A stretch of 64,000 nucleotides of DNA from Acidobacteriota bacterium (GTDB taxonomy: Bacteria; Acidobacteriota; UBA890; WLXD01), in NCBI GenBank assembly GCA_963666215.2, contig CAXWPL010000005.1, positions 1,184,001 to 1,248,000 on the forward strand. The letters run 5' to 3'. Each line of letters starts with the position of its first letter. Position 1 is the stretch's first letter. The notes under the pieces were generated by a model. The model ran no database searches. It was not told where the DNA came from and was given only the letters and a program-made list of their open reading frames with translations. The translations under genes were made by a program, and so were the position numbers. Below, in pieces: positions 52,358-63,817 of this stretch.

Positions 52358-54346
52358 CTATCGCTGTGCCGCCGGCCGTGTCGTAGCGCTGAGTGCCGCC
52401 TCACAGGCGGCCAACAGGCGTTCGAGCCCGCCAGAAACGTCGCTGCCGAGGTCCACCCGGAGCACCCGCCTGCGACGATCGCAGAGCGCCATGAAGTCGC
52501 CCAGCGCTTGTGCTCGCGCCAGAACCCCGAAGGTGTACGGACGGCCGGGAATTGGAACGTCCTCAGAATCTGCTGCGGTGATCTGCAAGAAAAGGCCGGT
52601 GGGCGGGCCTCCCTTGTGGAGCTGGCCGGTCGAATGCAGGTAGCGCGGACCCCACCCGGTAGTCGTCGCCGTCCCCAGCGCATCGCGGACCATTGCCCGA
52701 AGCCTTTGCAGCGCCTCCTCGGTCTCCGAGCACGGCGCCAGGAAGGCCTGCAGGGCCACGTAATCGGGCGGGGCAGCGCGACCGAGATGCGCCTGCAGCC
52801 AGTCGGTGAGGTTGGCCGCAGTGGCGGCCCGTTCGGCGAGCTCAGGATCGGCCTCCGACCTGGCAAACAGGCTGATCCCGTCCGCACACCACACCGGGTC
52901 TGGCCCCGGCAGCTCGCCTGTGTTCGCGAACGCGGCAAGCAACTCGGCGGTGCGTTCCTTGGCCTCTCGCACGTTGGGCTCGTCGAAGGGATTGAGACGC
53001 ATCAGCGCCCCCGCCGTTGCCACCGCAAGCTCCCAGCGCAGGAATTCCTGTCCCAGGTCGTAAGGGTCTTCCAGCAGCAGCTCGACAACAGGATGGCCAG
53101 CAGCCTCGAGCTCGTCGAGTAGTTGCTGGCGACGCGCAGCGCCATCTAGGTTGCCAGACTCGGTCTCGCCAGCCAACCGCATGTGAACGAACACTCGATC
53201 CGTGCCGTAGGCATCCACTGCGCCCAGCGGCTCGCGCGCCAGCGGTATCAACCCACGGTTCTGCTTGCCGGTGCTCTCGGCAATGAGCTGCTCGGCCCAA
53301 TCACCGAACGGCGCCAGGCGATCCGAAGTGACGAAGGTCACCTTGTCGCGGCCCCTACGATGACATTCTGCCAGCACAATGCCCAGAAAGATGCCGGGGT
53401 TTACCGCTGCCGACACCTCGGGAGCGCTACGTTGCGCCATCTGCAGAGCTCGCTCGAGCACTTCGCGAACGTCGATACCCATGAACGCCATCGGCACGAG
53501 GCCGAAATACGACAACACCGAGTAGCGACCACCAATGTCGGGTGGGTTGAGCCATATGCGCTCGTAGCCGCGCTCCTTCGCCAACACCTCGAGCTCTGTC
53601 CCGGGGTCGGTCACTGCCACGAAACGTCGACCCGGCTCGGACACGGTCGCCCACTCGTGGAAAGTGTCGGCGAACGACCGCGTCTCGACGGTTCCGCCCG
53701 ATTTGCTCGAAACGATGAAGCTCGTCCGCCCGGGCTCGAGCTCGCGAACGAGGCTGGCCACCGCTCCCGGAACGGTACTGTCGAGAACCTGGAAACCCAC
53801 GATTCCGAACACGCGCTGGGCGACCTCCGCGCCGAGGCTGCTGCCGCCCATTCCGAGCAGCACTGTGCGTGCCACAGGTGCCCGCTCGGGCGGCTCGGGC
53901 CCGTCTGAGAGCTCCGGTGGGTCATCACTGGGCCGAGCTTGATCGCCGGCGCGTGGTCTCTCTTCGACGAAACGCAGAAGTGGCGCGCACTGCTGGAGCA
54001 TCGACCCGGCTATATCCAGCCAGCCAAGCCGGTTGCGAATGGCGGCGCGCTCGCGATCGCCCTGTACATCGGCGCCGCGGACATCGCCCGCGTCTCCGGC
54101 CGGCGCGTCGTAGCTCCACAGTCGCGCCTTGCCCGACCACAGGTGCTGGCCGAACTGAGAATCGTCGAGCGAGGAGGCAGTTTTTCGTATGGCCGCGGCC
54201 AACTCGCCCAGCCGGTAGGTCTCGCGCTCGAAGTGCGTCGACCGGTCACTCGCGGGATGGGCGGACGCCTCCGCCTCGGTTTCGCCCACTTGCGCAGGCT
54301 GCCCCTCCGGTGCCGGGGGACGAAGAGGGTTTGCGCCGCCGCTCAA
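52358..54346 (-). CDS. pgi: Glucose-6-phosphate isomerase (Tal/Pgi-fusion-type Pgi domain, stand-alone)
   Basis: [65 protein letters not shown]. Confidence 0.9.
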   Translation of the reverse strand: MSGGANPLRPPAPEGQPAQVGETEAEASAHPASDRSTHFERETYRLGELAAAIRKTASSLDDSQFGQHLWSGKARLWSYDAPAGDAGDVRGADVQGDRERAAIRNRLGWLDIAGSMLQQCAPLLRFVEERPRAGDQARPSDDPPELSDGPEPPERAPVARTVLLGMGGSSLGAEVAQRVFGIVGFQVLDSTVPGAVASLVRELEPGRTSFIVSSKSGGTVETRSFADTFHEWATVSEPGRRFVAVTDPGTELEVLAKERGYERIWLNPPDIGGRYSVLSYFGLVPMAFMGIDVREVLERALQMAQRSAPEVSAAVNPGIFLGIVLAECHRRGRDKVTFVTSDRLAPFGDWAEQLIAESTGKQNRGLIPLAREPLGAVDAYGTDRVFVHMRLAGETESGNLDGAARRQQLLDELEAAGHPVVELLLEDPYDLGQEFLRWELAVATAGALMRLNPFDEPNVREAKERTAELLAAFANTGELPGPDPVWCADGISLFARSEADPELAERAATAANLTDWLQAHLGRAAPPDYVALQAFLAPCSETEEALQRLRAMVRDALGTATTTGWGPRYLHSTGQLHKGGPPTGLFLQITAADSEDVPIPGRPYTFGVLARAQALGDFMALCDRRRRVLRVDLGSDVSGGLERLLAACEAALSATTRPAAQR

Positions 54347-56388
54347 CGACCGATCAGGGCCTTGGCACGCGCCACCACGTTGTCGACATGGAAGCCGAAC
54401 TTCTCCATGTTCACGGCGCCCGGAGCCGATGCACCGAAGCGATCGATGGCGATGACGTCGCCCGCGTCTCCGACGTAGCGCTCCCAGCCCAGCGAAACAC
54501 CCGCCTCCACCGCCAAGCGAGCGGTCACCGTCGGGGGCAGCACGCTGTCGCGGTACTCAGGCGTTTGCTCCTCGAAGAGCTCCCAGCTCGGCAGGCTGAC
54601 GACGCGTACCGACACGCCCTCAGCAGCCAATCGAGCGCCGGCATCGATGATCAGCCCGACCTCCGAGCCGCTGGCAATCAGCACGAGATCAGGTTCGTCG
54701 CCCGCCTCGGCCTCGAACACGTATCCCCCCCGCCCGAGCAGAGAGTGATCTTGGCTATTTGCAAAAACCCGAAGCTTCTGGCGAGTCAACACGAGCGCCG
54801 TCGGGCGATCACGCGACTCGATTGCCACCCGCCATGCGGCCGCGGTTTCGTTTGCATCGGCCGGTCGCAACACCAGCAGCCCGGGAATCGCACGCAGTGC
54901 GGCGAGATGCTCAACGGGCTGGTGCGTGGGGCCATCTTCACCGAGGCCGATGCTGTCGTGCGTATAGACGTAGATCACAGGCTGCCGCATCAAGGCGGCT
55001 AGCCGCACCGCCGGACGCATGTAGTCGGAGAAAATCAGGAACGTCCCGCCGTAGGGCCGCAGGCCGCCGTGCAGCGACATGCCGTTGAGCACCGCGCCCA
55101 TGCCGTGCTCTCGGACGCCGAAGCGTATGTTGCGGTGGAACCGGGCGTCGGCGCTGAAGTCGCCCGAGCCGGAGATCTCGGTCTTGTTCGACGGCGCCAG
55201 GTCGGCCGAGCCTCCCATCAACTCGGGAAGAACCAGCGCCGCGCCGTTGAGCGCCTTGCCGGACGCGGCGCGCGTGGCCAGCGGGCCGTCATCGGGCTCG
55301 AAGCGTGGCAGCGATTCCTGCCAGTCGGCCGGCAGCCCACCGTCTAGACGACGACGAAGCTCCCCGGCCGCCTCTGGGAGCGCCTGCGCGTAGGCACGGT
55401 AGGAAGACTCCCACGACTCCTGCAACGAACGGCCGCGCTCCGCCAAGCCAGAGAAGTGCTCGGCGACTTCGACTGGAATGTGGAAGGCGGGCTCCTCGGG
55501 CCACCCGAGGTTGCTCTTGGTGAGCGCCAGTTCCTCGTCGCCCAGCGGCTCTCCATGCGCCGACGAGCTGTTCTGCTTGTTCGGACTGCCAAAACCGATC
55601 TGCGTTTTCACGGCGATCAGCGACGGTCGAGGATCCTCGCCCGCGACTTGAATCGCGCGATCGATGGCACCCACGTCGTTGCCGTCGACGACGGTCTGGA
55701 CGTGCCACCCATAGGCGGCGAAGCGAGCGGCGACGTCCTCGCTGAAGGCCAACGACGTTTCGCCGTCGATCGTAATGCCGTTGTCGTCGTATAGAACCGT
55801 GAGCTTACCGAGACGCAGGTGCCCGGCGAGCGACGCCGCCTCGGCGTGTACGCCCTCCATGAGGTCGCCGTCACTGGCAATCGCGTAGGTCCAGTGGTCG
55901 ACAATCGTGTGACCGTCGAGATTGAACTCGGCGGCCAGCCTCGCCTCGGCCAGCGCCATCCCCACCGCGTTACCGAAGCCCTGCCCGAGGGGCCCAGTGG
56001 TCGTCTCGACACCGGCGGTCTCGCGGTACTCGGGGTGACCCGGCGTGTGGCTTCCCCACTGGCGGAAATTCTTGAGTTGCTCCAGAGGGAGATCGTGGCC
56101 TGTCAAGTGCAGCAGCGAGTAGAGCAGCATCGAGCCGTGCCCGGCGGAAAGCACGAAACGATCGCGATTTGCCCAGCCAGGATCAGCGGGATTCAGGCGC
56201 AGGTGGCGAGTCCACAGCACATAGGCCATGGCTGCGGCACCCATCGGCAGGCCTGGGTGGCCGCTGCGTGCTTGCTGAACGCCGTCGGCCGAGAGCATGC
56301 GAATGGTGTTGATTGCCAGCAGGTCGAGGCGCTCGGCCTCGGTTGGCGGTGAACTCGAGGAGACTCCAGGGGACGCTTCGATACTCAT
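54343..56388 (-). CDS. tkt: Transketolase
   Basis: [48 protein letters not shown]. Confidence 0.97.
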   Translation of the reverse strand: MSIEASPGVSSSSPPTEAERLDLLAINTIRMLSADGVQQARSGHPGLPMGAAAMAYVLWTRHLRLNPADPGWANRDRFVLSAGHGSMLLYSLLHLTGHDLPLEQLKNFRQWGSHTPGHPEYRETAGVETTTGPLGQGFGNAVGMALAEARLAAEFNLDGHTIVDHWTYAIASDGDLMEGVHAEAASLAGHLRLGKLTVLYDDNGITIDGETSLAFSEDVAARFAAYGWHVQTVVDGNDVGAIDRAIQVAGEDPRPSLIAVKTQIGFGSPNKQNSSSAHGEPLGDEELALTKSNLGWPEEPAFHIPVEVAEHFSGLAERGRSLQESWESSYRAYAQALPEAAGELRRRLDGGLPADWQESLPRFEPDDGPLATRAASGKALNGAALVLPELMGGSADLAPSNKTEISGSGDFSADARFHRNIRFGVREHGMGAVLNGMSLHGGLRPYGGTFLIFSDYMRPAVRLAALMRQPVIYVYTHDSIGLGEDGPTHQPVEHLAALRAIPGLLVLRPADANETAAAWRVAIESRDRPTALVLTRQKLRVFANSQDHSLLGRGGYVFEAEAGDEPDLVLIASGSEVGLIIDAGARLAAEGVSVRVVSLPSWELFEEQTPEYRDSVLPPTVTARLAVEAGVSLGWERYVGDAGDVIAIDRFGASAPGAVNMEKFGFHVDNVVARAKALIGR

Positions 56389-56710
56389 CGACCTGCCACG
56401 GCTTGAAAAATCGGGTTCACGAGGACGCTAGGCTCGCTCGGCAGCGGCAGCCGGCGAACCGCTCTTTAACAGCAGCGTTTCTTGCCGTCGCAGGTGCCAT
56501 TCGCGGCCAGGACTGGCTCAGAGTGCTCTGCGTCATCGCCGGAGTCAAACGAGGCCAGAAAGGTGTTCGATCGGGGTCGCCAGATTGCTACGATCGACTC
56601 TCGTCGGGGCCGGCAGCGCTTTGCGACAGGCCAACTCGCCGCCCGCCAGGCGCGTCATCGCGTCTGACGGACCGTGCCCACATTATCCTTGTCGCCGCCG
56701 TTCGAACCGC

Positions 56711-58120
56711 ATGCAGAAGCGCCTGCTTTTCTCCGTCGTGCTCTCCCTCACGGTGGCCGCCTGTTCCCCGGCGTCTGGCCCCTTCGACCTGAGCTTCGAC
56801 GTCGCCCCCAACGCGGCGGGTGCCGAGATCTCGGTACTCGTCCGAGGAGGCAACCCCCGCGCCGCGTGGGTCGGATTTGCGGCGGGGCCTGGCGCCCCAG
56901 TCAGCGTTGTCGAGCGCGCAACCAACGTACGAGCCACGAGCCTGGCGGGAGAGAGCCTGGCGATCGCCAGGCTCGCCGACGGCGCCTACCGCGTCGATCA
57001 CCCGGGGCTTACCTGGCGTCTGAGCTACGAGCTCTCTGTGAAGCCGCTCCCAGGAGCAGAGACGTTCTACAGAACGAGCGTGCGTGGGCCGGATCTGCTT
57101 GTGCTCGTGGGCTCCGACGCGCTGCCGCGGTTCTACGTGGAGGCGAGCGGCGTGGAGTCGCCGCCCTACGAACGTGCCGCCGGGCCGGTTGCCGCGGCCC
57201 GCGTCGCCTTCGCTCTGCCGCAGGATTGGCGTGTGGCCACCACCGCCAGAGCTCTCGACCGTCAAACGTTTGAGCTCGACGAGCACCCGGTCGGTAGTGT
57301 TTTCGCCGTCGGCCCCTATGAATTGCTGCCGGCAATCAACGGCCTACGCATCGCTGTGCACCGAGACTGGCACGTCATGCCCAACGCGATCGCCGGGATG
57401 ACCGACGATCTGCTGACCGCCCTGGAAGGCGAGCTCGGACGCCCAACCGAAGCCGCGGCGCTGGCGCTGATGAATCCGCTGCCCGATCTCGGTGTGGAGG
57501 CGCGTGGACTGCAAACTGCCGGCATGGTTCGCGGCGAGACGCTCGTTCTTTATGCCGGCGCTACCGCCGCCGCACACAACAACGCCGATATCGTCCGCGA
57601 CGCAATGGCGGTGTTCGTGGGCCACGAGCTCTTCCACCTGTACGTCCCGTCGAGGGTCCAGGTCTCGCGCGAGCTCTCCTGGCTCTCGGAGGGCTGGGCG
57701 ATGCACATGGGCAAGCGGGCAGCCGTGGCGGCCGGTTGGCTGAGCGAAGACAGCTCGCGCGAGCGACTGCACTCGGCGTATCGCCGCTACATCGATATCG
57801 GCGGCTACCGTGCCGGGAGTCTTCCAGCGGCGAGCATGGGCACCGAGAGTCAACGCGACCTGCTGTACGTCCGCGGTGAGCTGGTGTTCGCTCTCTTGGC
57901 GGAAGAGTGGCGACGCTCGGGCAGATCTTCGGGAGACCCCCGATCATTCGAACAGTCGCTTTGGCATCGACTGATTGACGCGTCGAGCGGCAACGATGTG
58001 CTGACCCTCGAGCAGGTTCGAGCCGTGCTGAACGAGCTCGTGCGCCCGCTGACGGTGCGGCGCTACGTCGAGGGCACGGCACCGATTACGCTGCCGGCGC
58101 TCGGCCTGCCGCTCCACTAG
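56711..58120 (+). CDS. Lipoprotein with a gluzincin (M61/M1-like) metallopeptidase motif
   Basis: Lipobox VAAC; GHELFHLY..WLSEG; LYVRGELV. Confidence 0.72.
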   Translation: MQKRLLFSVVLSLTVAACSPASGPFDLSFDVAPNAAGAEISVLVRGGNPRAAWVGFAAGPGAPVSVVERATNVRATSLAGESLAIARLADGAYRVDHPGLTWRLSYELSVKPLPGAETFYRTSVRGPDLLVLVGSDALPRFYVEASGVESPPYERAAGPVAAARVAFALPQDWRVATTARALDRQTFELDEHPVGSVFAVGPYELLPAINGLRIAVHRDWHVMPNAIAGMTDDLLTALEGELGRPTEAAALALMNPLPDLGVEARGLQTAGMVRGETLVLYAGATAAAHNNADIVRDAMAVFVGHELFHLYVPSRVQVSRELSWLSEGWAMHMGKRAAVAAGWLSEDSSRERLHSAYRRYIDIGGYRAGSLPAASMGTESQRDLLYVRGELVFALLAEEWRRSGRSSGDPRSFEQSLWHRLIDASSGNDVLTLEQVRAVLNELVRPLTVRRYVEGTAPITLPALGLPLH

Positions 58121-58138
58121 CGGGCCGTGAAGTTTGCC

Positions 58139-60157
58139 CTAGGCCGACTCGACCTCGCTGACGGCGGGCTCGGCACCAGCCAGTCCTTCGTACTGCAGAC
58201 GGTAGAGCGTGGCGTAGATCCCGTCCGCGGCCAGTAGCTCCTTGTGGCTCCCCTGTTCGCGGATCTCGCCGTGATGCAGCACGACGATGCGATCGACTTC
58301 GCGAATCGTCGACAACCGGTGCGCCACGATCAGCGCGGTGCGGTCGCCAATGAGGTGGTGCATCGCCCGCTGGATGCGCGACTCCGTTTCGGAGTCGACG
58401 CTCGAGGTGGCCTCGTCGAGAATGAGAACCTGAGGATCGCGTGACAGGGCGCGCGCAAAGGCAAGCAGCTGGCGCTCTCCGAACGACAGGTTCGAGCCCC
58501 GCTCGCCGAGACGCGTGTCGTAGCCTCGAGGCAGCTCATTGATGAACGGCGCAGCCTCCACCACGCGCGCGGCATTTTCGATGTCGGCGCGCTCGACGTC
58601 GCTCGAACCGAGGCCGATGTTGGCAGCGATCGTGTCGGTGAACAGAAACACGTCCTGCGGCACCATGCCGAAGAACCGTCGCACCGAGCGCAAGTCGAAC
58701 GAGTGCAAGTCGGCACCGTCGACGGAAACCGTTCCTGCTTGGGGCTCATAGAGGCGCTGGAGCAGCTTGATAACGGTGCTCTTACCGGAGCCGGTCGAGC
58801 CCACCAATGCGACTCTCTCGCCGCGACGGATGGTGAGGCTGAAGTTCTCGAGCACACGATCGCCCGCGAGATTGCCGGTGAGATCGGCCTCATCGCTGCC
58901 AACGTCGTCGGCTGCGGCGGGTACGGGCGGCGGCGTGGGCATAGGCCCCGCGGGAACGGGAGACGATCCGCTCGCCGACGCCTCCACCTCCGGCAGCTCG
59001 GCGCTCGGATAGGAAAACGACACGTTCTCGAAACGAATCGCGTCGTCGAACGAGCGCAGCTGCGGCTGATCGAGACCGGTCGCGATGACCGGGTCGACGT
59101 CGAGAAGTCCGAAGATCTTCTTGCTGGCGGCCGCCGCTCGTTGCAGCGTGTCGTACTTGTCGGATAGGTCCTCGATGGGCATGTAGAACCGTCGCAGGTA
59201 CTCCAGGAACTGTACGAGGATCCCGACGGTAAGCGCACCGCCGATCACGCCAAAGCCACCGTAGGCAATCACGATCGCGGTCGACACTGTCGTCGCCGCC
59301 TGAACGGTCGCCGACAAGAACGACGAGTAGCGCACTGCGCGCAGGTCGATCTCCAGCAACTCGCCCCGCAAGTCGGCGAACTCGCCCTGGTTGCGCTTCT
59401 CCTGGCGAAACGACTGCACGATCTCCATGCCCGAGATCGTCTCTTGCAGGAAGGCGTTCAAGCGCGCCACGAACGTCCGCGAGCGATCGTAGGTGTCGCG
59501 CAGACGGGCGCGCAGAAAGCCGAGGGTCAACACCACGAACGGGAAGACCACGAACGAGGCAAGAGTCAGCCTCCAGTCCACCCAGACCATCACGAACACG
59601 ATGCCGATCAGGGAGACCACGTCGCGCGCCATGGAGACGATCCCCTGAGACACGAGCTCGTTGAGCGTTTCGACATCGCTGGTTACGCGCGTCATGATGC
59701 GGCCGACCGGATTGCGGTCGAAGAACGAAAGCGACAGCCGCTGGATGTGCTCGAAAACCGCCATCCGCAGGTCGTGCATGATGCGCTGGCCGGCCAGCTG
59801 CGTGACGTAGATCTGCACGAAGCGCAGGCCCAGCTCCACGATCTGAATCGCGAAGAAGATCGCTACCAGCCCCCACAGACCGGTGAGGCTTCCCGCCTGG
59901 CCCGACATTGCCGGCGAGATGTGATTGTCGATGGCAAGGCGCAGAATGAACGGCGTGGCCAGCTGTGCGCCGGCCAGCAATGGCAGCGTCAGCCCGGCAA
60001 CCACAAGCAGCCGCCGGTGTTGCGTGACGAAAGGCCGCAGGCGTGTGAGCACGCGCAGGTTGCGGGTGCGGTTATCTCCCTGCTCGAGAGCAGCGGGTGT
60101 GGCGCCGCCACTCGAGCCGCCTGGGCGGCTCGCTCGGGTTGTGCCCGCGGAGCTCAT
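58139..60157 (-). CDS. ABC exporter, fused permease/ATPase (subunit 2)
   Basis: TM domain; GSTGSGKS, LSFGERQLL, LILDEATSSVD, VAHRLST. Confidence 0.93.
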   Translation of the reverse strand: MSSAGTTRASRPGGSSGGATPAALEQGDNRTRNLRVLTRLRPFVTQHRRLLVVAGLTLPLLAGAQLATPFILRLAIDNHISPAMSGQAGSLTGLWGLVAIFFAIQIVELGLRFVQIYVTQLAGQRIMHDLRMAVFEHIQRLSLSFFDRNPVGRIMTRVTSDVETLNELVSQGIVSMARDVVSLIGIVFVMVWVDWRLTLASFVVFPFVVLTLGFLRARLRDTYDRSRTFVARLNAFLQETISGMEIVQSFRQEKRNQGEFADLRGELLEIDLRAVRYSSFLSATVQAATTVSTAIVIAYGGFGVIGGALTVGILVQFLEYLRRFYMPIEDLSDKYDTLQRAAAASKKIFGLLDVDPVIATGLDQPQLRSFDDAIRFENVSFSYPSAELPEVEASASGSSPVPAGPMPTPPPVPAAADDVGSDEADLTGNLAGDRVLENFSLTIRRGERVALVGSTGSGKSTVIKLLQRLYEPQAGTVSVDGADLHSFDLRSVRRFFGMVPQDVFLFTDTIAANIGLGSSDVERADIENAARVVEAAPFINELPRGYDTRLGERGSNLSFGERQLLAFARALSRDPQVLILDEATSSVDSETESRIQRAMHHLIGDRTALIVAHRLSTIREVDRIVVLHHGEIREQGSHKELLAADGIYATLYRLQYEGLAGAEPAVSEVESA

Positions 60158-62013
60158 CCGTACGCCTCGAGGCGTGCCGAGAGCTGTTGCTGTTCGTACA
60201 TCGAAGCGTACAGCCCAGGACGAGCGATGAGCTCCGAGTGGCGGCCGCTGTCGATCACCCGCCCGGCGTCGAATACGTAGATACGATCGGCGTCTTGGAC
60301 CGCGGTGATTCGGTTGCTCGCGGCAATGACGGTGCGCTCGCCCCGTGCCGAGGCCAGTGCCCCCAAGATCTCGTGCTCGGTCTCGGTGTCGACATTCGAC
60401 AGCGCGTTGTCGAGCAGCAGTATGGGTGCATCGCGCAGTAGCGCTCTTGCCAGCGCCGTGCGCTGCCGCTGGCCGCCCGAGAGGTTCAGGCCGCGCTCTC
60501 CCGCCTGTGTATCGAGGCCACGCGCAAGCCCAGAAGTACCCGGACGCAGCCCCGCGGCTGAAGCCGCCCCTTCGATTGCGTGCAGAGGCGCGTCGGGAAC
60601 CCCGTAGGCGACGTTGTCGCGCACGGAGGCCGAAAACAAGAAGTCGTCCTGGGGCACGTAGGCGATGGCGTCGCGCAGCGATTCCAAACGCATCTGCAGC
60701 ACGTCAACGCCATCAACGAAGACCGTCCCGGCCGGTAGTTCGAGGAAGCGCGCCAGAGCTTTGAGCAGCGTGCTCTTTCCGGATCCCACGCGCCCGACGA
60801 GCGCGATGAGCTGCCCCGGACTGGCCTCGAAATCGACGCCGACGAGCGCCGGCCGCCTCGACTCCGCGTGGCCCTCCGAATCGTCGTCCATGACCGCCGT
60901 GTACGCGGCGATCGCGTCGTCGTAACGGAAGGTCAGGTCGCGAACCTCCACGCGTCCGGCGAGCACCGAGGGCTCCACGGCATCGGCGGCGGAAGCGATT
61001 GTCGTGGGCGCCCGAAGAATGCCGTCGAGACGCTCCATCGCCGCGGCGCCGCGCTGGACGAGGCTGAGAATCCAACCGAACGCGACGGTCGGGAACACCA
61101 TCATGGTCACGTAGCTCAAGAACGCCACGAGATCGCCCAGCGAAACGATACCGCGCGTGGCGAGCGGCGCACCGACGAGCAGAACGCCGATGTACGACAG
61201 GCCGCCGCCGAGCCCAATGAGGGGGATCATCTGCGCCCGTGTCCACGACTCCTTGAGCGCCCAATCGACGTAAGCGTCGGATCGCGCCTCGAACCGCCTC
61301 ACTTGCGGCTCCTCGATGGCGAACGCGCGGACGACCGACGCGCCCGACAGGTTTTCTTGCACCACGCTGTTGAGATCGCTGAGCGCTCGGCGCGAGCCCA
61401 ACGCGTAGGCGCGCACTTTGTGGACCATGCTGCGGACCACCCACGCCATCAGCGGTAGTGGCGCAAGCACCACCAACGTGAGCTGCCAGCTCAACGACAC
61501 CATGAAGCCAACGCCGAGCACGTAGATCAGCAGCGCGTTGGCGAAATACAGCACCCCGGGACCACCCAGTGCCCGCACCAGGGTCACGTCGTTGGTCATG
61601 CGCGACATCAAATCGCCGGTGCTCAGCGCGTCGTAGAAGCTCGGCGAGAGCCGCACCAGACGCTCATGCAGCAGGCCCTTGAGATCGTACTCGACGCGTC
61701 TCGAGGCCCCGAGCACGAAGATCCGCGACAGAATCCGGACCACCGACTGCGCCAAGGCGGCAACCGCGATGATCGTGGCCAGGCGCGTCAACTCCGAGCG
61801 CGAGGCTCCGGCCCGCAGAGCATCGACCGCCGCCCCGAAGACCCGCGGGATGGCCATGTAGATAGCGTTGGTCGCCAGCAACGCGAGCAGGCCGACGGCG
61901 TATGCCACCCGGTAGCGGGTGAACAGATGCAGATATTCCCGGAGGATGCTCAGCGACTGTCGTCCCGCGACTGCAACAGGTAAGCCCGCAGCGCGAACAG
62001 GTGCGGCCGCCAC
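60154..62013 (-). CDS. ABC exporter, fused permease/ATPase (subunit 1, degenerate site)
   Basis: TGDLMSRMTND; GRVGSGKS, LSGGQRQR, LLLDNALSNVD, ASNR (Glu to Asn, His to Asn); true start may be nearer 61950. Confidence 0.92.
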   Translation of the reverse strand: MAAAPVRAAGLPVAVAGRQSLSILREYLHLFTRYRVAYAVGLLALLATNAIYMAIPRVFGAAVDALRAGASRSELTRLATIIAVAALAQSVVRILSRIFVLGASRRVEYDLKGLLHERLVRLSPSFYDALSTGDLMSRMTNDVTLVRALGGPGVLYFANALLIYVLGVGFMVSLSWQLTLVVLAPLPLMAWVVRSMVHKVRAYALGSRRALSDLNSVVQENLSGASVVRAFAIEEPQVRRFEARSDAYVDWALKESWTRAQMIPLIGLGGGLSYIGVLLVGAPLATRGIVSLGDLVAFLSYVTMMVFPTVAFGWILSLVQRGAAAMERLDGILRAPTTIASAADAVEPSVLAGRVEVRDLTFRYDDAIAAYTAVMDDDSEGHAESRRPALVGVDFEASPGQLIALVGRVGSGKSTLLKALARFLELPAGTVFVDGVDVLQMRLESLRDAIAYVPQDDFLFSASVRDNVAYGVPDAPLHAIEGAASAAGLRPGTSGLARGLDTQAGERGLNLSGGQRQRTALARALLRDAPILLLDNALSNVDTETEHEILGALASARGERTVIAASNRITAVQDADRIYVFDAGRVIDSGRHSELIARPGLYASMYEQQQLSARLEAYG

Positions 62014-62564
62014 GCCTGCAGCTGCGCCTCCATCTCCATGGCGTCACGGAAGCCGCTGTGCAGAAGACGCATCAATGTACCGCCGGTATCGAGCTCCTCG
62101 AACGTCAGCTCGACGCGCGTCTCATAGGAACCCTCCGCGGATGACTGCTCTGGCGGCAGCCACGTAAAGACAAGCCGTTGCGGCCTATCGATTTCGAGGT
62201 AATTGCCATGCCAGGTGCCATAGTCATCCCAGATCAAGTCGAAGCCCTCGCCCACGAGCACACGCATCTGCACCTCGTCGGGCGTGAGCCAGTCGAGCAC
62301 GTCGTTGGCGGTGGCCCAAGCGTCGTAGGCGACTTCCGGACTCACCGGCAAGCGCAGCGTCATCAGGATCACGCGATCGCTCGTCAGAATCGCCGACGCA
62401 GCCCCCTGCTGCGGTCGCAGAATCTGACTCGCGCCAGCGTCGATCTGCTGCGCCGCGGTCGGAGCGGCGGTGAGCATCCATAGCGAAAGCAGCGCGGCGT
62501 ACGGCGCGAGCCGCTCGCGCCCTAACCGGCCGGCTCGAAACGGTCGGCTGTTGTTTCCGTTCAT
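61950..62564 (-). CDS. SRPBCC/AHSA1-domain protein with signal peptide
   Basis: VSPEVAYDAW..LDWL, GNYLEIDRPQRLVFTW, TRVELTFE, LLHSGF. Confidence 0.82.
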   Translation of the reverse strand: MNGNNSRPFRAGRLGRERLAPYAALLSLWMLTAAPTAAQQIDAGASQILRPQQGAASAILTSDRVILMTLRLPVSPEVAYDAWATANDVLDWLTPDEVQMRVLVGEGFDLIWDDYGTWHGNYLEIDRPQRLVFTWLPPEQSSAEGSYETRVELTFEELDTGGTLMRLLHSGFRDAMEMEAQLQAWRPHLFALRAYLLQSRDDSR

Positions 62565-62644
62565 GACCCACTCCCTGATGGTGTGCGCGCGACACCGTGT
62601 TGACCACCCATCAACGACGTGCCCATGCTCCAACCATACCTATT

Positions 62645-63817
62645 TCAAATCACACCGGCCACGCGCCAAGCATCGATCTGGGCAGCGGTGTGACCCAGCT
62701 CGGTGAGCACTTCGTTGGTGTCCGACCCCAGCGCCGGCGGGGCCGTACGGACAACTCCGGGCGTGGCGCTCATCTTGACCGGGATGCCGGTAACCTCGAC
62801 GTCAGTACCCGGGATTGAAACCCTCATCTCTCGCTCGAAGGTCAGCGGATCGTCGAAGGCCTCTGCGGCCGACGTTACACGTCCGCAGGGAATGCTGGCG
62901 CCCTCGAGCGCCTGGAGCCATTCGGCAACCGGCGCGCAGGCGAAACGCTCGGTCAGCTTCTCGGTGAGGATCCCCCGATGCTGCACGCGATCGGAGTTGG
63001 TTGCAAAACGGTTGTCGTCGAGAAGATCTCGAGCGCTCAGGACCTCGCAGAAGCGGCCCCACGCGGCTTCGTTCCCCACGCCGACAACCAGCACTCCATC
63101 GGCCGCCTCGAACGTTTGATACGGGACGATGCTGGGATGCTCGTTGCCCATGCGGCGCGGCGCCTGTCCCGCCGACAGGTAGGCCTGCGCTTGGTAGGTG
63201 AACAGCGACATCAGCGCATCGCGCAACGCCACCTCGACCTTCTGCCCGCGTCGGGTTCGCTGGCGCGCAAGCAGTGCCAACAGCACACCCTGCACGAGGA
63301 CCAGGCCAGCCACCTCGTCGGCCAGAGAGATTCCGACCTTTGTGGGAGGGCCGTCTGCGGCACCCGTCATCTCCATCAGACCCGACTCCGCCTGCGCGAT
63401 CACGTCGAAGCTGGGGCGTGAGGCCGATTCTCCGCTGTCGCCATAGCCGTTGATCACTCCGTAGACGATCCGCGGGCACCTGCTCGCGACGCTCTCGTAG
63501 CCGAGCCCGAGCTGGTCCATCACTCCGGAGCGGAAGTTGGAGACCACGACGTCCGCCTGCCCGAGGAGCTGCCAAAGGATCGCGATCGCCGACTCTTCCT
63601 TGAGATTCAGCGTCATGCTGCGCTTGTTGCGATTCACGGCGAGGAAGTAGGTGCTCATCCCGTCATGGAACGGCGGTCCCCACGCCCGCGTGTCGTCGCC
63701 AGTCCCGGGGCGCTCGATCTTGAGTACGTCGGCGCCCATGTCCGCCAACGTCATGGTGGCGTACGGGCCCGCCAAGATACGCGTCAGGTCGACAACCCGG
63801 ATTCCCGTCAAAGGCAT
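62645..63817 (-). CDS. Family III CoA-transferase (CaiB/BaiF)
   Basis: PLTGIRVVDLTRILAGPYATMTLADMGADVLKIE, NRNKRS, FDVIAQAESG, APPALGSDT. Confidence 0.95.
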   Translation of the reverse strand: MPLTGIRVVDLTRILAGPYATMTLADMGADVLKIERPGTGDDTRAWGPPFHDGMSTYFLAVNRNKRSMTLNLKEESAIAILWQLLGQADVVVSNFRSGVMDQLGLGYESVASRCPRIVYGVINGYGDSGESASRPSFDVIAQAESGLMEMTGAADGPPTKVGISLADEVAGLVLVQGVLLALLARQRTRRGQKVEVALRDALMSLFTYQAQAYLSAGQAPRRMGNEHPSIVPYQTFEAADGVLVVGVGNEAAWGRFCEVLSARDLLDDNRFATNSDRVQHRGILTEKLTERFACAPVAEWLQALEGASIPCGRVTSAAEAFDDPLTFEREMRVSIPGTDVEVTGIPVKMSATPGVVRTAPPALGSDTNEVLTELGHTAAQIDAWRVAGVI

